Shown: piece after piece, positions 39,201-51,874 of the stretch
Position numbering within the stretch: the stretch's first letter is position 1
Layout of the letters: each line of letters begins with the position of its first letter
Assembly: GCA_951406725.2 (NCBI GenBank)
Contig: OX597827.1
Location: 48,422,001 to 48,486,000, forward strand
Origin: Octopus vulgaris
Lineage: Eukaryota
DNA: 64,000 nucleotides
Direction of reading: 5' to 3'
Position numbers and translations under genes: made by a program
Notes under the pieces: generated by a model
What the model saw: the letters and a program-made list of their open reading frames with translations, nothing else
Databases searched by the model: none
Told to the model about the DNA's origin: nothing

Positions 39201-39261
39201 TTTTTTATAAAATTGATTTCGCATTTTCTATCTTGACTTTTTTTTCCATATATATCAACTC

Positions 39262-39576
39262 GTGTGTTCCTTTTCATCTAATTTTACTTGTGCCTCTGAA
39301 AACATAATTTATGTCATAAAATGCTCGGGCTGCCACCAAGACTACGTGGGATCCACGGGACTATCATTCAGACGTAGATGCACACTGCATCGACAACAGA
39401 TTGCATTCCCAGAATACAGAATAATACCTTTTAGTGAGCACATTGAGAAATGCGCAAAGCAACTACTACCATAATTTTTAATCTTTCCATTTTACCAATG
39501 TGCTATCGGTACACCAACACAAATTAGACTAAACAAGGAAACATTCTTCATTGAAAAGTACAAGCACAGACTTAAC
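39262..39576 (+). pseudogene. GIY-YIG endonuclease domain of a Penelope-like element (Neptune-like), one in-frame stop
   Basis: NFTCASENIIYVIKCSGCHQDYVGSTGLSFRRRCTLHRQQI..SEHIEKC..*FLIFPFYQ..RLNKETFFIEKYKHRLN: IY..YVG, catalytic R, E and N, plus the CCHH residues typical of PLE endonucleases. Confidence 0.88.
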
Positions 39577-39742
39577 CATTCCAACATACTTATACAGAGA
39601 AATTCACCCCAAAGGAAAGGCAAACAAATTTAAGAGATTATCTCCCATACACCGGAAGAAATCACTTATTACCTCCCCTTATCTAGAACTCTCTTCAACA
39701 TAAATATAACGATAACTCTTCTCAGCATAAATATAACGACGT

Positions 39743-39782
39743 AAGAAATTTGAAAAGCTAAACGCGAAACCGGTCATTTCTT
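39743..39782 (+). ncRNA. Minimal type-I hammerhead ribozyme candidate, U3:A8 core, in the PLE 3' region
   Basis: AAGAAAT-TTGAAAA-GC(TAAAC)GC-GAAAC-CG-GTC-ATTTCTT: perfect 7-bp stem I, GUC triplet (cleavage after 39775), palindromic stem III ACCGGT, about 170 nt downstream of the GIY-YIG. Confidence 0.75.
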
Positions 39783-39911
39783 CTAAACTATGTCATTGTA
39801 AGAAAAAGGAAAAAAAAAAAAATTATAGTATTCTTCAGACATATTGACTCAAATATATATTTTTTAACCTTTTAAAACAAGCCTTCTGTAGTCTTTTCAC
39901 TTTTTACTATT

Positions 39912-39962
<51 letters not shown>

Positions 39963-41071
39963 TGTATCTATATATGATGGTGTGTACATTTGTATGTATT
40001 CTGTATATTCATGTTGTGTGCGTATCTCTGACCACTTAAGCGTTCATGTTTAAGTGTATCTATGTATATGTGTGACTATGAAGGTACGTCTGTTATGTAT
40101 AGATGTGTGTCTCCATATGTGCCCTTGTGTGCGTGTGTGTGTGTGTGTGTGTGAAGTGTACTTCTGAGAAAAAAGAAATTGCAGAGTCGGTGTTGCGAGC
40201 TAGCTCCCTATTCTGTAGTTTGCGTATGTATGAAGATATAATCGGTGGAGATGGAACTTGCGTGCGCAGGATAGCGTTGCTATAATAGCCAATGGACTGC
40301 ATGGAATACAGAATCTGGGATGAGATACAGACTAGATATGAATCTAGTTGTCTGATAACAGCGGTGGTGGAAAGTATATGCATATACATATATATACTCT
40401 ATTCCGCATCTGTATATTTTTATATGATTAGAAGTATTTACATAGACATCGAGGAACGTAGGTACATATGAACGTAGTCTATATAAATGTATACAAACTT
40501 TATTACATTCGTCACCCTTTGTAGTTCATTCACGAATCTCCTATTGAAATTTCTAACTTGACCAGACATTGAAAATCATATTAGAACAGCAGACCATCGA
40601 GGCATATAACATTACAATACTTGCTGGTACAGATATCGACCAAGACAATCATATTTTCAACCAGCAAGGGAGACGATGTTTTCGGTGTTTACAACTATGT
40701 CCACTAATTAAGTATCAATATATCATCCGACATCGAAAATAGCTTGTTAATATATATTCAGAAATGACATGTTGACACTGTAATCGATGGGTGACATGAT
40801 CCGTGTAATAAGCCTAATCTATTGGTGAACGTATATAAAGATTTATTCTTCGTCCTGATTATTTCATCGCATGCCAAACACCTATTCTGTCAACGTTTCA
40901 GGAAGCAAGACTTTCTCCGTTAAGGTTGGGATAATGTTAATTAAATCTCTGGTGTTGTGTGATTTAGATGTGTACGTATGCGATACACACACACGCATAT
41001 ATATTACATATATATATTTATGCATATATATATGTTTGCATATATGTATGTATACATATATATATATACAA

Positions 41072-41154
<83 letters not shown>

Positions 41155-41739
41155 TGTATATGTATATATATGTATATATATATGTATATATATATGTATG
41201 TATGTATATAGACTCAAAACAATGCGAGTTAAAAAAAGGAAGATAAGTCTTATATTTCTATTTTCCTCAGTCTAGACTCCTACTTCTGGAAAAATAAATT
41301 GAAGAATCGGTGTCGTGAGCTAGCTTTCGTACTCTGCTGTTTGTGTACTTATTTAGAATCTAAGATGACATACCAAGGAGTGATACCAGCGGTTGTGGAT
41401 ATTTAATTACTAGTGTATTACTCACTTGAAATCAATGTGAAGAATCTTGTCTTGCTTCACATCGCCCACGGCAAGAAATGCCGTCATTGTTGCCAAATGT
41501 ACGGAACAGACCGATTTAGAAATTGCTGAGTTTCTAAATATTGCAAGATTTTTGTATACAAGACTCTGATGAATTTTAAAGCCTTTTGGGGGAATGTTTT
41601 TATTGTTTCTAACAGAAAAAAAAGCAATATTTTCAGTGTTCTACTCTGTAAGGCGAGGGCGATTACGCCAAAACGTTCAAAACAGCACCGTAGAATCAAT
41701 GAGTCACCATTAAAGAATTTCAGGTGTCTGAGTAGACTA

Positions 41740-42100
41740 ACACGGGGATATGTATTTAGGAGAGATTAATCCATAGCAGAAAAGACACTGAAAACCGTTT
41801 AAGAAAAACATAGTTGTTACTTGACAAGGTAAAACCTGTAACCAATATAGCATGCTTTGCTTCTTCTCTGATGATAAAACTTCGACCACGATCAAATCTC
41901 AAACAGAACAAAAGACAGATGGTTATATGTAGCTCTTTCTGATGTTCCCAAATCAAAGCACGTTTAGTTTCCAGCAGTTGTGAGGGACTTAGGAGTGAAA
42001 TGAAATGAAGATCATGTCATACTACGTTACATCTATCCACAGTGTCTTAGAATTAAGACTGAGAGATACATTGAGGTACTGCAAACAGTTGTTAAGTAGT
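41740..42100 (+). mobile_element. Decayed Tc1/mariner-superfamily transposase fragment, DD37D (maT)-like
   Basis: Frameshifted translation MLCFFSDDK.FDHDQISNRTKDRWL..SDVP...FPAVV..LG..NEDHVI..IYPQCLRIKTERYIEVLQTVVK. Confidence 0.7.
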
Positions 42101-42199
42101 CATCAAAGCTGAATGGTGGCTCATAAAATGATCAAAAAAAGAAATGATATCGAGAATAAATTCACAATTTTTCTTAAAGCACATTTTATCTTTGCTATA

Positions 42200-42347
42200 G
42201 GCGCAGGAGTGGTTGTGTGGTAAGTAGCTTACTTACCGACCACATGGTTCCAGGTTCAGTCCCACTTCGTGACACCTAGGGCGCCTCGGGCCGACCAAAG
42301 CCTTGTGAGTGGATTTGGTTGACAGAAACTGAAAGAAGTCCATCGTG

Positions 42348-42432
<85 letters not shown>

Positions 42433-42616
42433 TTGTATGTCTGTTTTTGTACCCACAACATCGCTTGACAACCGATGCCGGTGTGTTTACGTCACCGTAA
42501 CTTAACGCTCCGGCAAAAGCGAACGATAGAATAAGTACTAGGCTTCTACTATAGCCTCGGGCCGACCAAAGCCTTGTGAGGTGATTTGGTAGACGGAAAC
42601 TGAAAGAAACCCGTCG

Positions 42617-42659
<43 letters not shown>

Positions 42660-42830
42660 TTGTCCCTCCAGCATCGGTTGTCAAGCGATGCTGGTGTGTT
42701 TACGTCCCCGAAACCTAGCGGTTTGACAAGAGAGACTGATAGAACAAGTACTAGGCTTGGGGTCGATTTGCTCGACTAAAGGCGGTGCTCCAGCATGGCT
42801 TCAGTCAAATGACTGAAACAAGTAAAAGAG
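42200..42830 (+). mobile_element. SINE family A, chimeric partial dimer (42200-42544 plus 42545-42830)
   Basis: After ..aagtactaggct the sequence restarts at tctactatagcctcgggccgacc. Confidence 0.9.
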
Positions 42831-43605
42831 TATAAAAGGGTATAGTGGAGTTTTATTAAATTACCAAATTTGTCCTCAATTACCTCTTGTACCTTTATGC
42901 TGCGATGATAAACAAGCAATGGACAAAACTCCAACAATGTCAGTTAATTTAAATTTGACAAAAGATAAAAATTCATTCATATCCTGTTACATCATTCGTT
43001 TGCGCTTGTCTGACGTTTTCACTAGTCAGATTCTATCTATTATTGCCACTGGTTTTGCATTGATTTGTCATAATTTAGGTGTGTGACAACGTTGTCATTT
43101 AATAGATAATTAATATATTTTGCACTATTATCATGGTATTGTATACCCTTTGTCTATTTGGTGGTTATTCTGGTTGCATTCGTCTCCTGCAAAATAAGAA
43201 TCTGATTTTCATTTTTAAAATGTTATGTCGATTTTTCGCCTTTCAATTTCGTAGATATCATTTCTCTGCTTATCACATTCGTAACCGGTTCCTACCTTCT
43301 TAATTCATTTCCTTCCCTTTGTTTTTTTTTTTTGTTTTTTTTTTCAATTCTACACTATATCTCTTTTCATTAGCTATTTTCATAGCTGTCTGTATCAAAC
43401 TGTGAATTGAATTATCATATCCTATTTCACAAATATATTTCAATGTTGCACTGCTCAATTCAACCGCTAAAATTCTAATTCTTTCTCGTATATAATATAT
43501 GCTTTATATCGAATGACTGTAAGAAGGCTTGTGATATACGCAGTAAGCGGTTTGAATTTTACATGAAATATTGGTAGACATGTGTATATATGTATGCATG
43601 TATGT

Positions 43606-43637
<32 letters not shown>

Positions 43638-43863
43638 TGTATGTATGTATGTATGTACGCATATGTATGTATATTCATACATACCTCTCTATACATATAC
43701 TTCTTTCTATATATAATCCTGTCTTTCTCCTCAAATACATATTTATAAATATATATAGTATCAAGAGACAGACAGATGCATAGAAATTCAAGCATTTACT
43801 TGCATATAGTGGCATACGATTTTTGAATAACCACGCGTACTCACATTATATATATATATATAT

Positions 43864-44253
43864 ATCACAATCAAGGAACGGCCATAATAGGCCATTCACT
43901 CACTAGAAATAACAGCCAAAAGCTTTAACTGCAAAATAACATTAATACCGTAAACCAGGAGAAAATTGAAAAACTTTTACCCTGTAATTTCTTAGACGAT
44001 GCACCGTTTCATCTACCGTTTAATGGTAAACTAACCTGATTAAATTAAATCAAGCCAATTGGCTTGATTTAATTTAATCAGGTTAGTTTACCATTAAACG
44101 GTAGATGAAACGGTGCATCGTCTAAGAAATTACAGGGTAAAAGTTTTTCAATTTTCTCCTGGTTTACGGTATTAATGTTATTTTGCGGTTAAAGCTTTTG
44201 GCTGTTATTTCTAGTGGGTGAATGGCCTATTATGGCCGTTCCTTGATTGTGAT
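43864..44253. repeat. Spacer-less palindrome, 2 x 195 bp
   Basis: Centre caagccaa|ttggcttg between 44058 and 44059; arms are reverse-complementary with two mismatches seen by eye. Confidence 0.96.
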
Positions 44254-44363
44254 GTTGAACGTAAAAATGGTTTATGACTATTTAATTTTTTCCTACTAGG
44301 CCGCTGGTGGCAAAAGAATTCTACAAAATTTTTTTGCCACCCTATATTGATTAATAAATATAT

Positions 44364-44429
<66 letters not shown>

Positions 44430-45183
44430 CGTATACCATAATGTGTTATATATATACATATATGTAAGTATGTATGTATACATTTAACATCTTTACAGCT
44501 CCATCTTTGTGTATCATGTTTCTCTTTCGCGTAGTAATCAGTTGCATCATAAATTTGCTTGTAGTATCGGACATTGCTGATTACTAATTATGCAATGTTA
44601 ATCTAATTAATTGATCTTAATTTCGTGAAGACTTAACAGCTTTTGCTATTGCTTTTAAAACAGTCGTCGAAAAAAAATCACTTAAATATGCGTCTAAGTT
44701 TATCAGGAATTTCATGGATGTCTCAATTTATTCAACGTTTATAATTAGACAGCATTTCCGACATGGTAATAAATTATACCGCTTCAGATGATCCACCGAA
44801 TACCTCTACATGAGATTGGTTCAATTTTTTAAGGTTTTATTTATTGCTGTTGTTCTTGTATTTGTTGTTTGATACAATTTCAGCCTAATTTTATAGGAAA
44901 AAAAAAAAACTCGATAAAATGTATTTCCAGACGACACACCACCTGTTTAAATGTAGTGTGCCATTAGAGAAAATAAACAAAATTGAGAGTAAATAAATAA
45001 AAACGAAACAAACTGAGCTGCAGTGTAGTCTGAGGAATATTTCATTTCTAATCGAAACTGTTGATGATAGTTTTAGCCCAGGCCAGTTGAAATCTGATTG
45101 TTATATAAAATGATGCAACAGCAGACCAAATGTAATGACTAACCATTACATTTTTTTTTTGTTTTGTATTGTTGTTTACCATA

Positions 45184-45340
45184 GGCGCATGTGTGGTAAG
45201 TAGCTTGCTTAACAGCAACATGGCACCGGGTTCATTCCCACTGAGTGGGACCTTGAGCAAATGCCTTCTACTATAGCTTTGGGCCGACCAAACCCTTGTG
45301 AGTGGATTTGGTGGACAGAACTGAAAGAAGTCTGTCGTAT
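45184..45340 (+). mobile_element. SINE family A, 5' half
   Basis: Stops at its internal microsatellite, where a hammerhead-bearing repeat begins. Confidence 0.85.
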
Positions 45341-45354
45341 ATATGTATGTATCG

Positions 45355-45545
45355 CTATGATAGATCATTAGCCACTACACACATTTTTCTCTCCTTGTTT
45401 TTATTCTGTGTCCCTTTCTGTAGAAGAGCGTAGCCTCGAAACGTAAAAGAACTTTTCTATTCCTGAGCGTTATATTAATACATCTGTTTGTTTTGTACAC
45501 CACCTGTCTTCGCCTTTGGTTTTTTTTTTCGTAAACTCCCTATAT
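45355..45545 (+). mobile_element. Hammerhead-bearing short repeat, A6U-core family (motif 45414-45449)
   Basis: CTTT-CTGTAGA-A-GAG(CGTAGC)CTC-GAAAC-GTA-AAAG; body matches 26240-26428. Confidence 0.72.
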
Positions 45546-45727
45546 ATATATATTATATATTATATTTTATATTTTATATTTCTATTTCCTTGTCTAATTA
45601 TATTTACTATATATTTTGTATAATGCCTTTACTGTTATGTAATGGTGTAATAAAGTATTGATTGGGTATCATCTGATGGTTGATAATTGATTGATTTAAG
45701 TATGTTTCTCCATTTTCTAATTTTGTA

Positions 45728-45801
<74 letters not shown>

Positions 45802-45896
45802 GTGTGTATACACATGCACACACATTTACACAACGACACATAAACACACACACACACACTCACACACACATATATATATATGTATATATATATATG

Positions 45897-45959
<63 letters not shown>

Positions 45960-46521
45960 CCTGCATACCATACCTTGACTTCTTTTAAAACGTGGAGGAA
46001 TAAAGTGCAGCATATACATTTTTAGCTTTACGGATAACAAGAGATTTTTCTGATCTACTCAGGATATGAAAGTTACATTACATATGCAATATACTTGATC
46101 TCATGTAACATTACTTATTTTTATATAATCAGACAACGTAGGAATCTATGTATATATGAGAAAAATAAACGTGTTTTTCTCTATTCCCTGTCCATTATCG
46201 ATGCGACAGATTAATTTCTGTTGTCATATTTTACTAGTTTTTTATAGGCATTATGTAAATTACGTTACACGGTCCTTCATTTTGATTTTCAAATTTTAAT
46301 AATAATATGAAAAATGTCTGCCCTTTCAGGAAAAATGATTTACAATGAAACTGATTTTATCAAATGTGTGTATGTATATATAAAGCCGCTTAAAGTTCAC
46401 TAAGACAAATTAGCTTCAATATACTCATCCGGTTTGTAAGAAATAGAAGCCGAACATATCGCAAACCGAAACCTACTTTCGTAAAATACACTCCGAGTTG
46501 ATGGTTGTAGACAGCCATATA

Positions 46522-46692
46522 GGCGCAGGAGTGGCTGTGTCGTAAGTAGCTTGCTTACCAACGACATGGTTCCGGGTTCATTCCCACTGCGTGGCACCTT
46601 GGACAAGTGTCTTCTACTATAGCCTCTGTCCGACCAAACACTTGTGAGTGGATTTGGTAGACGGAAACTGAAACGAGCCCGTCGTATATATG

Positions 46693-46743
<51 letters not shown>

Positions 46744-46963
46744 ATATATGTTTGTGTGTCTGTGTTTGTCCCTCCCCAAACATCGCTTGAGAACCGATGG
46801 TGATATGTTTGCTTCACCGAAACTTAGCGGTTCGGCAAAAGAGAGCAAATAATTAAGTACTAGGATTACAAAGAATAAGTCCTGGGGTCGGTTTGTTCGA
46901 CTAAAGGTGGTACTCCAGCATGACCACAGTCAAATGACTGAAACAAGTAAAAGAATAAAAGAG
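46522..46963 (+). mobile_element. SINE family A
   Basis: Full copy. Confidence 0.92.
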
Positions 46964-47010
46964 ATGATATGGTATGCCACTCCTTATAAGCATGTTTGAA
47001 TTGGGATGAC

Positions 47011-47501
47011 CTGGGAACCAATCAGAACATTACAGCAAAGGTTTACTGCATTCAACACGCTGAAATAAATGCTCACTTGCAAAACAATGAGACCTGCATT
47101 GGTAAATAGGTGCGGCCCAATTCTGCCCCATGATAATGCAAACCTATATGTTGCAAGAATGACGCTGCAGAAACTCCCATAGTTGGAATACGAGACTTTA
47201 CCACATCCTATATATTATCTTGATCTCTCACTCACTGACTATCATTTTTTAAGCATTTAAACACGTTTTAAGAGATAAAACTTTCAGGTCCAAACCAGAA
47301 GTGGAACTAGCTTTCAAAGATTTCTTAGCATCAAAGCCAATAAGTTTTTATCAACGAGGCATGAATAATCTCGTTGATTGAGGGTTGAGACGCATAGATG
47401 TTCACGGCTCATACTTTGACTAATCAAAACATTTCTATTGTTAAATTTTTCAGAATAGAATTATGTTTCTGAAATCGGCCATTATTTTCTGAACACCCTA
47501 A
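47011..47501 (+). mobile_element. Mariner 3' fragment, cecropia (Hsmar1)-like
   Basis: RPALVNRCGPILPHDNA..VARMTLQKL..LEYETLPHP...DLSLTDYHF..GSYFD*, then right TIR ..ttttctgaacaccctaa plus TA. Confidence 0.88.
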
Positions 47502-47510
47502 TACAGTTAT

Positions 47511-47888
47511 TCTCTTTTATTCTCTGTTACTTGTTTCCGTCGCTAAACTGCGATCATGCTAGGCCACCGCCTTAAAGAACATTTTAATCGAATAACTTGA
47601 TCCCAGTACTTATGTTTTGTAAAACATGGAGCTTATTCTATCGTTATGTTATGGAGATGTGAAAATACCAACACCGGTTATCAAGCGTTGCGATGCGAGA
47701 CAACACAGATGCAAAGACACATGCGCACATACGTATATATGCCTGGCTTCTTTTAGTTTCCGTCTCCCTAATCCACTCACTAGGCTTTGGTCGACCCAAG
47801 GCTACAGTAGATGATAATTTCCCCAAGGTGCAACCCAGTGGGCCTGAACGCGGAACCCTGTGAGTGGGATGTAAACTTCTTACCACAA
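47511..47888 (-). mobile_element. SINE family A, diverged
   Basis: In-window similarity. Confidence 0.78.
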
Positions 47889-48368
47889 AGAGGAAGAACT
47901 AATTCTGATACAGCGATGAACGGATATAAAGAAGAAATATTTATGACTATAACAGAGACAAACTTACCTTTTTACAATTCGATAAATGCCAAAGTTTGTG
48001 AACGTTATAGTTTTATGTATAGTTGTTTCAATTCCCAGCCTATGAATACATAATACGATAAAAGACTGTGTTGGTAGAAGATGTTAAATTGAAATTATGT
48101 GAAACATCATATAGGGTCTCGTCTTACAGTGACATTTCGTATATAATTAAGCCATCTTTGTATATAGATACGCGTTAATCACCGCCATTGCGTACTGCAC
48201 TATTGAAGGAGGTGGTGAATAATGCGAGGGAGAATTATGATCGTATATATATGAGGATTTGTATAAGGATTATCTCGTGTAGTTACCCTGCTTATTGACT
48301 CTTTTCTAACAAGAAAACAATGTGATTCCATCATGTGTGCGTAGGGAGTGGAAGTACGATGATATATA

Positions 48369-48415
<47 letters not shown>

Positions 48416-50059
48416 TTACTTTGGTACAGGCCCATACATGTTGGTGCACGAAATGACGACGTTGAAATAAAGCAATGGTCTGGTACATGAGTGTCATGAA
48501 ACTTATAACGTGGTTATACCATTTATTAGAAGTAACAGCCAGATCTCTCACAAATCTCATTGTACTGTCTTTCTTTTTTCTTTTCTTATTTTTTTGGAAA
48601 AAAAACAGGAGACGGGTGTGTATATTTATACATATTCTGACTGGTAATTATTTTATCTACCCCGTGAGAGAGAAAAGCAAAGCCATGGCTGAAGAAGGTT
48701 TCAAAGACAGAACGGAAATAAACATAACCAAAGAGAAACCTAAATTTTGTTAGGTAATAATGCCACTCTAATGTTTATTGTTTCGTAATAGAAGTTAAAT
48801 GTTGCTATTGGAATTCAAGTGTCAGAGTGGTATCAATCTTAATCGAATTGTGATTTGAAATTTCTGGATTGAAGTTGACCAGGAGGACCACCTCGGGTAA
48901 GATTTGTCAAGCAATTTACATCCAATTTTGAATATAGTTCCACGTCAAAATCGTTGCGCCATTTGGTCCCAGCTTCTGATATTTCTAAAGAATCTCTCCG
49001 ACTTAGAACAAGTAGTGATTACGTAAAGTTAAAAGTAAAGAAAGCATTAAGATTCTAAATATTAGGACAGTCTAAGTAGCATTAATACTACAACAACAAC
49101 AATAAGAATAAAATCCAAGAAAAAGAAAAACTACTTTTGCCAAAAAAATATATGATGTAAAAAAAAGTTATAAGTAACAAAAAATATCTAAAAGTGTTCA
49201 AGAATTTAAATAAAAATGCATTGGAAATCTGACCGATTTTTTCTCTTTTTTTTGGTTATTTATTACTTTAGTTATATTATTAATTTGTTTGTGTATAAAT
49301 TTTTATTTTCATTTATTTATTTATTTTAGAAGTCGCTTATTTCTTCACCGTTTTTCTTGGCTTTTCTTTTCCTTATCGAGATTTGGCTATGCTATTTTTC
49401 TCTGAGACGGAGACATTATTCCTTGATTGTAAAGAGAAACCTGGGCAATATGTTAAGTTGAGCAAAGAGAATGAATAATGTGACCGAAAGAGGGGGAGGA
49501 GATTCCAGACGTATTAGAGAAGAGGGAGAAGAGAAGAAAGTACGAGAAAGAAAGGAAGAAAGAACAAAAGAAAGAAAAAGAAAGAAAGAGATAAAAGAAA
49601 AACTGAATGAATGAATGAAAGAGGAGGACGAGAAATGAGAGAGAAAAGATATTGTGAGGAAAATGTGCTGCGCAGTTTGTAAAGTTGGTCTGTCAGACGA
49701 TTTAGATAGAAAAGAACTATGAAAGTCTGTAACTTGTAACAAACTATAGACTTGGGAAACGATAACAGAATTAAGACTAAATATAATAAAATGAAATAAA
49801 TAAATAAAAATAACGTATAGTAGCAGAAAATGTTCAGAAGAATCTGCAGAGGGTGTAATAATGTGATGGAATATTATTTTACGCGATAACACGAGACTAC
49901 TTTTTGACCCAGTTCAGCGCTGATCGATTTAGACATATCATCAACAGTCCAATCATGGTCATTTCATTATATATTCCAAGTATATCAATTTATAATATAA
50001 TATTCTTTTTTGATAAGACTGCATATTGTTTGAGGGATATTTCCCTGTTCTTTCAACTA

Positions 50060-50425
50060 TGGCACTCGTGGGTTCCAGCTGATCCAATCAACGGAACAGC
50101 CTGCTCGTGAGATTAACGTGCAAGTGGCTGAGCACTCCGCAGACACGTGTAACTTTAATGTAGTTATCGCAGAGATTCAGCGTGAATCAGTGTGACAAGA
50201 CAGACTCTTTGAAATACAGGTACAAGAGAAACAGGAAGAAAGACTGAGAGGAAATTGTGGTGAAAGAGTACAGCAGGGTTCGCTAAACCCCTCGCCGCCG
50301 CTGGAGCCTCGTGGAGCTTTAGGTGTTTTCGCCCAATAAACACTCACAACGCCCGGTCTGCGAATCGAAACGCGATCCTATGACTGCGAGTCTACTGCCC
50401 TAACCACTGGGCCATTGCACCTCCA
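50060..50425 (-). mobile_element. SINE family B
   Basis: Colinear with 53401-53778. Confidence 0.9.
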
Positions 50426-50520
50426 CGACTGATACTTCTACTGAGCTATTCTATTACTAAGTGGCTTAGTAATGGCTTATATTATATCATGTTGATTTAT
50501 TATTGAGCAACTATGAAGCT

Positions 50521-51000
50521 ACGGGCTTGCAGAATCGTTAACACGACGGACAAATAACTTGGCAGCATTTCGTACGTCTTTACATTATGAGTTCAAATCC
50601 CGCCGACGTCGACTTTGCCTTTCATCCTTTAAATAAATAAATGCGCCCTGTTTAAAGCCTAGCCAGGCTCATGGGCCCGGTTTCCCGTTTTCTATAGCGT
50701 ATGTGTTTTCAAGCTGGACGGGACGCCAGTCCATCGCAGTGTTACTCCTTCTTGCCAGCTGAGTGGACTGGAGCAACGTGAAATGAAGTGTTTTGCTTAA
50801 GAACACAACGCGTCGCCCGGTCCAGGAATCCAAACCACAATCTTACGATCATAGTGCTGACACCTTAACCACTAAGCCACGCGCTTCCACGTTTCATCCT
50901 TTCAGATCGCTAAAATAAGCACGTGTTGAGCAGTAAGGGGGCTTTAATCGACTTACTCCCTTCCCCAAAATTACTGGCCTCGTACCAAAATTTGAAATCA
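50521..51000 (+). mobile_element. SINE family D interrupted by a family C SINE
   Basis: Family D 50521-50630 resumes at 50892; TTTCATCCTTT is duplicated at 50620-50630 and 50892-50902. Confidence 0.8.
50631..50891 (-). mobile_element. SINE family C, full length, 11-bp TSD
   Basis: Complete head and (TTTA)n tail bounded by the TSD TTTCATCCTTT. Confidence 0.92.
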
Positions 51001-51334
51001 TTATTAACCAACAATAGTGGGAGAGTCTCTAGAGCCGCCGGATAAAATTTCCTTACAGTATTCGTTTTATCTCCTTGTACACTGAGTAAAAATCGTTACT
51101 CTTTTTGACATTTATTTAGCCTCCAGGATAACAGCGATTCAACATATCGAATTGTAAAGAAAAATGGCTGCTAATTCTAGCAGATCGAGTGACCTTTTGG
51201 AAACGCCCTGCTATGCATTGGTTTGTTGGCAACTGCGCAAGATGGTGTTCGCGAAAATGTTCGTGATTCTAAGATATGATGCTTTTGAGAGATGATGATG
51301 ATGATGATGATGATTCTTTTTATTTTTTTATAAT

Positions 51335-51613
51335 TTTATTTGTTTCAGTCATTTCAATGCAGCCATGCCGGAGCACCAGTCAAGCTGTTTTAGCTGCAGA
51401 AGCCGACCCCAGGATTTATTCGTTGTAAGCCTAGTACTTATGCTATCAGCCTCTTATGCCGAACCGCCAGGTTACTGGAACGTAAACACACCAACATCGG
51501 TTGTCGAGCGATGGTTGGATGGGGAGGAGAAACACAGACGTAAAGACGGTGGGACTGAGTCTGGCTCTATGTGGTTGGGAAGCAAGATTCTTACCGCACA
51601 ACCACGCCTGCGC
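51335..51613 (-). mobile_element. SINE family A, internally deleted
   Basis: 3' half joined directly to the head. Confidence 0.75.
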
Positions 51614-51874
51614 CCACCCACACAGCCGCACCAGCGTCAATGATGATGATGATGATCCTTGCATAATGGTGATGAAGAGGTATACGTAATGGTTTGCATG
51701 TTATTATCGTTTCGTTTCCACTGATTCTAATCAAGAAAACGCACATTCGGAGATGTTCCAGCCGTGACAGCCTCGTTTTACGTAAAAATCAATAGAAAAT
51801 ATAGTGTGCGGGAGGTAGAGGAATAATGAGTGGATAAACCGATTTTCACTGCATTATTTACATTATTTATCTTT

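Noticed and set aside
40885-40930. Minus-strand AGAAAG..CTTCCT-GAAAC-GTT
   Set aside because: Core and stem I are not recoverable.
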